A DNA stretch of 64,000 nt, taken from IMG/VR virus record IMGVR_UViG_3300044728_000147, positions 352-64,351 of that record; one strand, given 5' to 3'. Below, one piece after another: positions 18,624-24,374 of the stretch. Position numbers and translations under genes: made by a program. Source of the stretch: a virus. How positions within the stretch are numbered: position 1 is the first letter of the stretch; every line of letters begins with the position of its first letter. The notes below the pieces were generated by a model. The model did no database searches. It saw nothing but the letters and a program-made list of their open reading frames with translations, and was not told where the DNA came from.

Positions 18624-18699
18624 GGTGATTGAATCCAAACGGTGCGGACGCAGGCTGTGAACCTGTGTTTAGCGAGTTCGACTCTCGTCATTCACCCCA
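18624..18699 (+). tRNA. tRNA-His(GTG) with encoded G-1
   Basis: GCAGG-CTGTGAA-CCTGT; C73; CCA. Confidence 0.88.
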
Positions 18700-18707
18700 A
18701 TCGTTAC

Positions 18708-18801
18708 CCTGCCCACGCAGGGGAACCTGCTCCAAAGTACACGGAGCTATTGCCCGATGATCAAGGGTAGTTGAGGCCAGGTTAGATTCCTGGGCGGGCC
18801 A
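18708..18801 (+). ncRNA. Atypical tRNA-like RNA
   Basis: T-arm-like CCAGG-TTAGATT-CCTGG, 5'/3' pairing CCTGC/GCGGG, CCA end, no canonical anticodon arm. Confidence 0.4.
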
Positions 18802-18843
18802 AGATGGCTCGTTGTCTGTTGAGACTCAGCAGCGTGGGAACAA

Positions 18844-18918
18844 CTAGATGTAGCGCAGCTTGGATAGCGCGCCTGGTTCGGATCCAGGAGGTCGGAGGTT
18901 CAAATCCTCCCATCTAGA
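18844..18918 (+). tRNA. tRNA-Pro(CGG)
   Basis: CCTGG-TTCGGAT-CCAGG. Confidence 0.92.
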
Positions 18919-18952
18919 CTGCTCCGGCCCGGAGGAAGTATAGGGCAATCAT

Positions 18953-19033
18953 GCTCCGGTAGACAAATTGGTAAAGTCGCCAGTCTTTCAAACTGGTCCG
19001 AAAGGATTGCGGGTTCGATTCCCGTTCGGAGTG
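18953..19033 (+). tRNA. tRNA-Glu(TTC) with a variable arm
   Basis: CCAGT-CTTTCAA-ACTGG followed by TCC-GAAA-GGA extra arm. Confidence 0.85.
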
Positions 19034-19146
19034 CGAGCGAGGGTCGGGTGCCGAAAGCACCAGTTGCAAGCCTCGGTTGCGGTTATTACACGGCCGTAAA
19101 GGTTGCGGACGGTTCACAAAGAGTGTTCTCGTCGTGGTGGCCCCAT

Positions 19147-19222
19147 GGGGAATTGGTGTTAATGGCAAGCACGACTGCCTTGCAAGCAGTAGGAGAGGTT
19201 TCGACTACCTCATTCTCCACCA
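19147..19222 (+). tRNA. tRNA-Ala(TGC)
   Basis: ACTGC-CTTGCAA-GCAGT; G3-U70; CCA. Confidence 0.92.
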
Positions 19223-19223
19223 T

Positions 19224-19295
19224 GGTCTTGTAGCTCAGTGGAAGAGCGCTTCTATGACACGGAAGAGGTCGAGGGTTCAATCCCCTCCGAGACTA
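19224..19295 (+). tRNA. tRNA-Val(GAC)
   Basis: CTTCT-ATGACAC-GGAAG. Confidence 0.88.
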
Positions 19296-19297
19296 CT

Positions 19298-19394
19298 GGT
19301 TCTGCAATAAGCCGTATGTCACCGGGTTGAGAGTCCCGGTCGTCGGGGGGTTACCCTCGGCGTAGCTCAGGAAGAGCAGCGGATGAGCGGAGCC
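19298..19394 (+). ncRNA. Circularly permuted tRNA mimic (YrlA-type Y RNA-like)
   Basis: Order T-arm, closed acceptor hairpin, D-arm, all inside terminal stem GGTTCTGC/GCGGAGCC. Confidence 0.65.
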
Positions 19395-19399
19395 AACAT

Positions 19400-19471
19400 A
19401 CTGAGATGGTGTAACCGGCAACACTTCTGACTCTGAATCAGACATCGAGGGTTCGAACCCTTCTCTCAGTG
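19400..19471 (+). tRNA. tRNA-Gln(CTG)
   Basis: TCTGA-CTCTGAA-TCAGA. Confidence 0.9.
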
Positions 19472-19473
19472 CT

Positions 19474-19551
19474 GGGAAGGTAGTGTAAAGTTCGCGCACA
19501 CCGGCCACCAAGGCCGGGAGTACGGTAGTAGCGACCCGTCAATTCCCACCA
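19474..19551 (+). ncRNA. Degenerate tRNA-like RNA
   Basis: D-arm GTGT/GCAC, CCGGCC/GGCCGG arm, non-canonical T-loop, ACCA end. Confidence 0.5.
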
Positions 19552-19552
19552 A

Positions 19553-19644
19553 TGTAACGTCGCAGTACCCGTGGTGTAACGGCAGCACGGTCGAAGATAG
19601 TCGACAGGTCGAGGTTCAAATCCTCGCGGTTGCTCGGCGTTGCA
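19553..19644 (+). ncRNA. tRNA mimic with extended acceptor helix and 6-nt anticodon loop
   Basis: Canonical D and T arms; GTCGA-AGATAG-TCGAC; outer 10-bp helix TGTAACGTCG/CGGCGTTGCA. Confidence 0.6.
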
Positions 19645-19648
19645 CAAT

Positions 19649-19719
19649 GGGGACGTAGTTCAACGGAAGAACGTTGCTATGGCATGGCAAATATGGGTGT
19701 TCGATTCACCTCGTCTCCA
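19649..19719 (+). tRNA. tRNA-Ala(GGC)
   Basis: TTGCT-ATGGCAT-GGCAA; G3-U70. Confidence 0.88.
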
Positions 19720-19721
19720 CG

Positions 19722-19820
19722 AGCGCAGCCCGTCGCGACGGGATGCAGTGTTTAGTGTAGTGGAAGCACGCCGGGCAACCCCGGAAGGAACGATGTCGAA
19801 ACCGTAGCACTGTAAGCGCT
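19722..19820 (+). ncRNA. tRNA mimic lacking an anticodon
   Basis: GCAGTGTT/AGCACTGT acceptor, D-arm, CCGGG-CAAC-CCCGG 4-nt loop, outer AGCGC/GCGCT helix. Confidence 0.55.
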
Positions 19821-19825
19821 TACAA

Positions 19826-19900
19826 CAGGCTGTAGCTCAGTTTGGATAGAGTGCCTGGTCGGGATCCAGGAAGTCGCAGGTTCAAGTCCTGCCAGTCTGA
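19826..19900 (+). tRNA. tRNA-Pro(GGG)
   Basis: CCTGG-TCGGGAT-CCAGG. Confidence 0.9.
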
Positions 19901-19951
19901 CGAGTGTGAGTTGTCGGTGCCCCACCTTACAAGCGGGAACCGTCTACCTAT

Positions 19952-20027
19952 TCCGGGGAGGGGCCGGTGCCTCACCCTGGCTTTGAACCAGGTGTCCCTC
20001 TGGGTTCGACACCTAGCCCCGGAGCCA
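19952..20027 (+). tRNA. tRNA-Gln(TTG), atypical D-arm
   Basis: CCTGG-CTTTGAA-CCAGG; TCCGGGG/CCCCGGA; GCCA. Confidence 0.8.
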
Positions 20028-20033
20028 TTTCAT

Positions 20034-20106
20034 GCACCGGTAGCTCAGGGGTAAGAGCAGGATCCTTACAAGATCAAGGTCGGGGGTTCAAATCCCTCTC
20101 GGTGTA
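20034..20106 (+). tRNA. tRNA-Val(TAC)
   Basis: Loop CTTACAA; cloverleaf. Confidence 0.88.
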
Positions 20107-20188
20107 CGCAGGTACGCTGATCTGGAAACCTGAGGGACACCCACGTGGTTAGGCCTCATAGTAAGGACCCTCTTAAAGATCAGCACAT

Positions 20189-20259
20189 GCGGTAGAGATG
20201 TTACGGCAGCATCCCTGTCTTCCAAACAGGTCGCGGGAGTTCGACTCTCCCTTACCGCA
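20189..20259 (+). tRNA. tRNA-Gly(TCC)
   Basis: CCTGT-CTTCCAA-ACAGG. Confidence 0.88.
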
Positions 20260-20309
20260 CGCACCCTCCCCCCGACCGTTGGCCAGGAATGACGGGGGAG
20301 GGTTACCGA

Positions 20310-20384
20310 CAGTCTGTAGGAAAGCGGAAATCCGCCTGGTTTGGATCCAGGAGACCGTGGGTTCGACCCCCACCAGACTGACCA
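20310..20384 (+). tRNA. tRNA-Pro(TGG)
   Basis: CCTGG-TTTGGAT-CCAGG; CCA. Confidence 0.9.
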
Positions 20385-20527
20385 CGCATTCATGCGTGTG
20401 GTGGAGGTGACGGGTTTCTCCGGAAATCAGTAGCCCCGAATACAACGGGCCTTTGGGCCTAGGGGTGCGTGCGCCCTCTCTCCTAATGGAGAGTGATCGT
20501 AAAGCCGATCAGTGAAAGCACGAGCAT

Positions 20528-20600
20528 GGTTCTTTGGTGTATCTGGAAGACACGCCTGTCTGAAAAGCAGGAGGATCGGGTTCGACCCCCGGAGGGACCA
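20528..20600 (+). tRNA. tRNA-Phe(GAA)
   Basis: CCTGT-CTGAAAA-GCAGG. Confidence 0.88.
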
Positions 20601-20750
20601 CTTCACACTAACCAGTGAAAAGTATGGCCAGGTACTACAACCCTGGCAGCGGCTATCATCGGCTACACTGGTGAAACAGGGCGAGCGTAACGTCCCTATG
20701 AGTCGGGTGGTTCCGACGAAACGCATCGGCGGGGTAGCTCCCCGCCACTC

Positions 20751-20837
20751 GGAAGGTAAATCAGGTCGGGAGCCTGAGGCGTCCTGCTAAGACGTACGTA
20801 CCATGTGTATCCGCTTCGATTGCGGTGCCTTCCTCCA
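20751..20837 (+). tRNA. tRNA-Ser(GCT), 8/4 fold
   Basis: Acceptor GGAAGGTA/TGCCTTCC, T-stem CCGC/GCGG, loop CTGCTAA. Confidence 0.85.
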
Positions 20838-20909
20838 TGCGCGATAGAGAAGCGGCATCTCGTCAGCCTCATAAGCTGGAAAACATCGGTTCGAGTCCGA
20901 TTCGCGCCT
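20838..20909 (+). tRNA. tRNA-Met(CAT), initiator-like 1:72 mismatch
   Basis: TCAGC-CTCATAA-GCTGG; T1/C72 unpaired. Confidence 0.8.
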
Positions 20910-21078
20910 CTCTGAGTTACCTGGCGTCCGGCTGAGTGTGTCAGCACAATTCCGGGCGTTCAGCACGTCGGCCCATTAAGCCGAAGGCCCTGGACAGATC
21001 CAGGAACCGCCATAGCAGTGCGGTTTGGTGTAGCGAGGTAACTGCTACGGGCTGGCTGACACCGGCCCTTGGTTCTTT

Positions 21079-21161
21079 GGAAGGTAACCCGAGACGGGAT
21101 CTCGGCACGACCTGGAAAGTCGCTGGTGCTAACGCATGGGTTTCGACTACTCTGCCTTCCG
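21079..21161 (+). tRNA. tRNA-Ser(GGA), 8/4 fold
   Basis: 8-bp acceptor, 4-bp T-stem, loop CTGGAAA. Confidence 0.85.
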
Positions 21162-21233
21162 CTGGTCAGGTAGCACGACTACTTGATCGAATCCTCCGCA
21201 CCTTCCCCTAGAGTGGGGGAATGGTGCGGCTAT

Positions 21234-21316
21234 GGAGAGTGAATCGAGACGGGATCTCGGCGCTGCCTTGAAAACAGATGGCACTCACGTGTGGGCTTCG
21301 AATGCTCCGCTCTCCG
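21234..21316 (+). tRNA. tRNA-Ser(TGA), 8/4 fold
   Basis: GGAGAGTG/CGCTCTCC, loop CTTGAAA. Confidence 0.8.
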
Positions 21317-21320
21317 CGAC

Positions 21321-21374
21321 GGTTGATGGTTTGGCTGAGTGCTAGCTCTCGGGGTTCGAATCCTCTCATCAACC
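21321..21374 (+). ncRNA. Truncated tRNA-like minihelix RNA
   Basis: GGTTGATG/CATCAACC + GGGG-TTCGAAT-CCTC T-arm, one small internal hairpin. Confidence 0.5.
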
Positions 21375-21378
21375 TCTA

Positions 21379-21464
21379 GGAAAGTGAACCGGACAGGCGT
21401 ACCGGCTCCGTCTCGAAAACGGGTGGCCCGAGAGGGTGGGTTTCAAGTACTCCGCTTTCCGCCA
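21379..21464 (+). tRNA. tRNA-Ser(CGA), 8/4 fold
   Basis: GGAAAGTG/CGCTTTCC, loop CTCGAAA, GCCA. Confidence 0.85.
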
Positions 21465-21472
21465 AACAAAGT

Positions 21473-21727
21473 CTGTGCTCGACAGACCGCCGCTGCCATT
21501 TCTTTGAGGTGGTAGAGGAAGTTCAGGACACCGCTGCATGACGTAGGAGGCCTAACAAGCCGATTGGACTAGGGCGGGTGCAACACGTACAGATCAGAGC
21601 CGGACGTGCAGGGCTATGACGATCGGGTAGTGGCAGCCGGTACCCGAGAGGGTGCCACCATGGCAACGCTTCGGCGTTAGACGGATGGCGGTCTGAAATA
21701 ACAGAATCCTGGCTACGTAGAGCACAG
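21473..21727 (+). ncRNA. rnpB: Compact RNase P RNA (phage-encoded)
   Basis: P1 CTGTGCTC/GAGCACAG, P2 AGACCGCC/GGCGGTCT, P3 hairpin, CR-I GAGGAAGTTCAGGAC, CR-IV TAGACGGATG, CR-V AACAGAATCCTGGCTAC; P4 with bulged U. Confidence 0.85.
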
Positions 21728-21733
21728 TTTCAT

Positions 21734-21806
21734 GCCCCTTTGGTGTAATGGAAAGCATTACCGACTTTTAATCGGTCAGGTGCAGGTTCGAGTCCTGTTG
21801 GGGGCA
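21734..21806 (+). tRNA. tRNA-Lys(TTT)
   Basis: ACCGA-CTTTTAA-TCGGT. Confidence 0.9.
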
Positions 21807-21903
21807 CTCAAGGGATGCCGCAACGAAAGGCTGCGTGTCACGAGGCGTACATCCTGAGCACGCGATTCAGTACGAACGTACGGGTCAACATCCCTTGAAT
21901 CAT

Positions 21904-21974
21904 GGCGATTGACATGGTTGTCTCGGATCTTTCATACGGATCTAGGCGGGGTTCGACTCCCCGATTCGCTACCA
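21904..21974 (+). tRNA. tRNA-Met(CAT), reduced D-arm
   Basis: GATCT-TTCATAC-GGATC; ACCA. Confidence 0.75.
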
Positions 21975-21975
21975 T

Positions 21976-22052
21976 GCGCCGTTCGCTTTCTGGATGATGG
22001 CGGTAGCCTGCAAAGCTACTATAGGGGGGTTCGATTCCGCCACGGCGCTCCA
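21976..22052 (+). tRNA. tRNA-Cys(GCA)
   Basis: GTAGC-CTGCAAA-GCTAC; U73; CCA. Confidence 0.85.
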
Positions 22053-22057
22053 ATCAT

Positions 22058-22132
22058 GCCCCGTTGGTGAAATGGATATCATAAGGCGCTTCGAACGCTT
22101 TGTTCCCGGTTCGAGTCCGAGGCGGGGTACCA
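22058..22132 (+). tRNA. tRNA-Arg(TCG)
   Basis: AGGCG-CTTCGAA-CGCTT; CCA. Confidence 0.88.
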
Positions 22133-22133
22133 T

Positions 22134-22205
22134 GCTTTCGCTGATGGATTCAGTGCTGACCCTGCGAAGGTCGGATAGCAAGTTCGATTCTTGTCGAGAG
22201 CGCCA
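22134..22205 (+). tRNA. tRNA-Arg(GCG)
   Basis: TGACC-CTGCGAA-GGTCG; GCCA. Confidence 0.8.
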
Positions 22206-22206
22206 T

Positions 22207-22281
22207 GCTCGCTTAGCCCAACGGGAAGGAGGCGAGGCACTTAAAACGCCTACAGTACGGGTTCGAATCCCGTAGCGAGTA
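22207..22281 (+). tRNA. tRNA-Leu(TAA), short variable loop
   Basis: Loop CTTAAAA; Leu-type D-arm. Confidence 0.82.
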
Positions 22282-22307
22282 CTTGAATACCAGGATAGGC
22301 TGGACAG

Positions 22308-22715
22308 ATGAACACGAGAAAACAAGGTGACATTGGAGTGGCGCAAGCTATTTACTATTTCACGAATCTCGGATACACCGTCTCAGTTCCCATGAGTGAG
22401 TCGTCCAGATACGATCTGATTGTAGATACTGGAGAGCAGCTTCTACGAGTTCAATGTAAACGTAGTGAATCCGCTGCTCCTAGTGGCTCACCCTCCGTAG
22501 CACTTCGTACTTGTGGTGGAAATCAATCCTGGAATCACGTTGCAAAGAAATTGTCAGCCAGTGAGATCGATTATTTGTGGGCCTCCTACGGATCGAGAGG
22601 CTGGCTAATTCCCATCAGTGAAGTAGAAGGTAAAAGCTCAGTCACGTTGGGGCCATCCAAGGATGAATTCTTGGTCTTTGGGTCAGATGGAAGTGGTCTT
22701 TCAGCCTCTCTGTAA
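22308..22715 (+). CDS. PD-(D/E)XK endonuclease (group I intron-associated family)
   Basis: KQGDIG..GY.VS.P...YDLIVD...RVQCK. Confidence 0.85.
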   Translation: MNTRKQGDIGVAQAIYYFTNLGYTVSVPMSESSRYDLIVDTGEQLLRVQCKRSESAAPSGSPSVALRTCGGNQSWNHVAKKLSASEIDYLWASYGSRGWLIPISEVEGKSSVTLGPSKDEFLVFGSDGSGLSASL

Positions 22716-22763
22716 AAGAGGTGCCTGCGGGCAATGTGTGTTCGATTCGCACCTGGCTCACCA
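22680..22763 (+). tRNA. tRNA-Tyr(GTA)
   Basis: CCTCT-CTGTAAA-AGAGG, long variable arm, ACCA. Confidence 0.85.
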
Positions 22764-22764
22764 T

Positions 22765-22842
22765 GCTCTTCGGTCTAGGGCGTCTGGTTGACGCCAGATG
22801 TCTTATGAACATCCGGAAGGGGTTCGATTCCTCCGGGGAGCA
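22765..22842 (+). tRNA. tRNA-Ile(TAT), atypical 5' connector
   Basis: GATGT-CTTATGA-ACATC; GCTCTTC/GGGGAGC. Confidence 0.7.
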
Positions 22843-22989
22843 CGTAGTAGCACCAACTGCTATACGCCCACATCGTTTCTGTGGCGTCTAACTCACCGAC
22901 GTTAATGGCGGGTGGCTAACCGGCTATGTCGATATAATCCGGGGGGAATGGCAAGTCTCCACAAGGGGTGGTACCCAAGCTTCCTACCT

Positions 22990-23059
22990 GCCGATACTGA
23001 CGGACAGCAGCTTCACTCGTAATGAAGCTATCGGGGTTCGACTCCCCGTATCGGCTCCA
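22990..23059 (+). tRNA. tRNA-Thr(CGT), reduced D-arm
   Basis: CTTCA-CTCGTAA-TGAAG; CCA. Confidence 0.8.
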
Positions 23060-23060
23060 T

Positions 23061-23133
23061 GCCGTTAGTCTCGATGGTCGAGCGCTTGCCTTGTAAGCAA
23101 GTATCAGGGGTTCGATTCCTCCTAGCGGCTCCA
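23061..23133 (+). tRNA. tRNA-Thr(TGT)
   Basis: CTTGC-CTTGTAA-GCAAG; CCA. Confidence 0.88.
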
Positions 23134-23157
23134 AACGGCTAAGATCATGCCGTAGAC

Positions 23158-23200
23158 AGACGATTCAATTCCCAGCAGGAATTGGGTCGTCTTTGCTATT
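23158..23200 (+). terminator. Intrinsic terminator closing the tRNA array
   Basis: agacgattcaattcc-cagca-ggaattgggtcgtct + T-rich tail. Confidence 0.7.
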
Positions 23201-23219
23201 TCTGGTCTAAGATCAAGAC

Positions 23220-23525
23220 ATGGGAGAAAAGCAGGCCGTTGTCACGGTTTTCGTCAACGGAAAGAAAGTGTTCAAGAACGTCAGAGCCGGTGTCGAGGAT
23301 GATCAATTGGTCATTCTTAACCGTGTAACTGACGACGAGTTAGGGCGCTTCACCATTGTTGAAGTAGCCAAAGAGCACACGACAGGCATGGTAGCGGCAG
23401 CTTACGATGTCGAGAATCCAACAGGTGAGCGCGTACGCATTGCTGTTCAGGAGGGGTGTGGGTGCGGTGGAATGCGTCAGTACCAGAACGATGAGGGGTA
23501 CTCAGGTGCGCTACGGCAGAAGTAA
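23220..23525 (+). CDS. Hypothetical protein (GCGCG motif)
   Basis: ATG 6 nt after TAAGAT; coherent ORF. Confidence 0.65.
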   Translation: MGEKQAVVTVFVNGKKVFKNVRAGVEDDQLVILNRVTDDELGRFTIVEVAKEHTTGMVAAAYDVENPTGERVRIAVQEGCGCGGMRQYQNDEGYSGALRQK

Positions 23526-23554
23526 GTTTGACCATATAGGCTGGTCTGAGACCA

Positions 23555-23896
23555 GTGGAATGGGAACAAGCAGCGTGCCGAGGACTCGCAACGAAACTAG
23601 GATATGACGTCTTCTTTCCTACTATCATTGATGATGAGGGAGAAGAGTGGATTGACGATGGGACAATCTATGGCGCATACGGAGACACTAGCGAGTACTA
23701 CGACACAGCCAGAAAGGTCTGCGCAATGTGTCCAATCAAAGAGCAATGTCTTGCAAGTGCGCTGGCTAACAAGGAACGTTACGGTATGTGGGGTGGGTCT
23801 ACACCAATCGAGCGTCGGCGCGTGGAACGCTCTGACAGAAGGAAGAAACTGAAGGACAAGAGGGCCTTAGAGATCGATGAAGGAACTACTGAATAA
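23555..23896 (+). CDS. whiB: WhiB-family transcription regulator
   Basis: W..AAC...FFP...AR.VCAMCPI..QCL..AL...E.YGMWGG. Confidence 0.92.
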   Translation: MEWEQAACRGLATKLGYDVFFPTIIDDEGEEWIDDGTIYGAYGDTSEYYDTARKVCAMCPIKEQCLASALANKERYGMWGGSTPIERRRVERSDRRKKLKDKRALEIDEGTTE

Positions 23897-24263
23897 CCTG
23901 ACACTGATCCACTTGCTGATCCTGTCCTTCGGGGCATACAGCATTACGAGGCTAATCGTCACTGACGATTTCCCCATGTTCGCCAAGCCGAGGAAGTGGT
24001 TACACCATCGGTTCCCGTACGAGGGAATGCAGGACCCACAGAAGCCAGTTCGAGGCAAGTCAACTCGATCTGGCCCTGTCTTCTACGTGACCGAGGGCCA
24101 CTGGTTAGGTGAATTAACGCACTGTCCATGGTGCATGGGGTGGTGGGTATCGTTGGCCGCTGTTGTTGGTTACTGGTTCGTGCCCGAGATCGTTCTGATT
24201 GGCCTACTACCGTTTGCTCTTCGTGCCGTCGTTGGCATCATAGCTTCCAAAGTTGGAGGCTGA
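23877..24263 (+). CDS. Membrane protein (DUF1360-like)
   Basis: ITRLIVTDD...R...ELTHCPWCMGWW, TM helices. Confidence 0.8.
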   Translation: MKELLNNLTLIHLLILSFGAYSITRLIVTDDFPMFAKPRKWLHHRFPYEGMQDPQKPVRGKSTRSGPVFYVTEGHWLGELTHCPWCMGWWVSLAAVVGYWFVPEIVLIGLLPFALRAVVGIIASKVGG

Positions 24264-24374
24264 TGGGTCGTTGTAGATCGTGTGGGGGTGTGACTCTGCC
24301 GCTTATTCGGCCCGGACTTCCCACTATTTACGCCTATGGTCCCTTTCCGGACCACGTGGAAGTAGACTATTCAA

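Noticed and set aside
16436..19033. Possible TCA (Sec/opal) anticodons in the TTTCAAA loops at ~16467 and ~18986
   Set aside because: Stem register places CAA (Leu) and TTC (Glu) at positions 34-36; no suppressor tRNA found
19363..19382. SRP-like 'CAGGAAGAGCAGC'
   Set aside because: Better explained as the D-arm of the permuted tRNA mimic; no SRP helix 8
20685..20726. Hammerhead-like 'CTATGAG-stem-CGAAAC'
   Set aside because: Core reads CCTATGA rather than CTGATGA and no stem I can form
18159..22346. Many short ORFs on both strands in the track
   Set aside because: They overlap tRNA/ncRNA genes and lack coding signals
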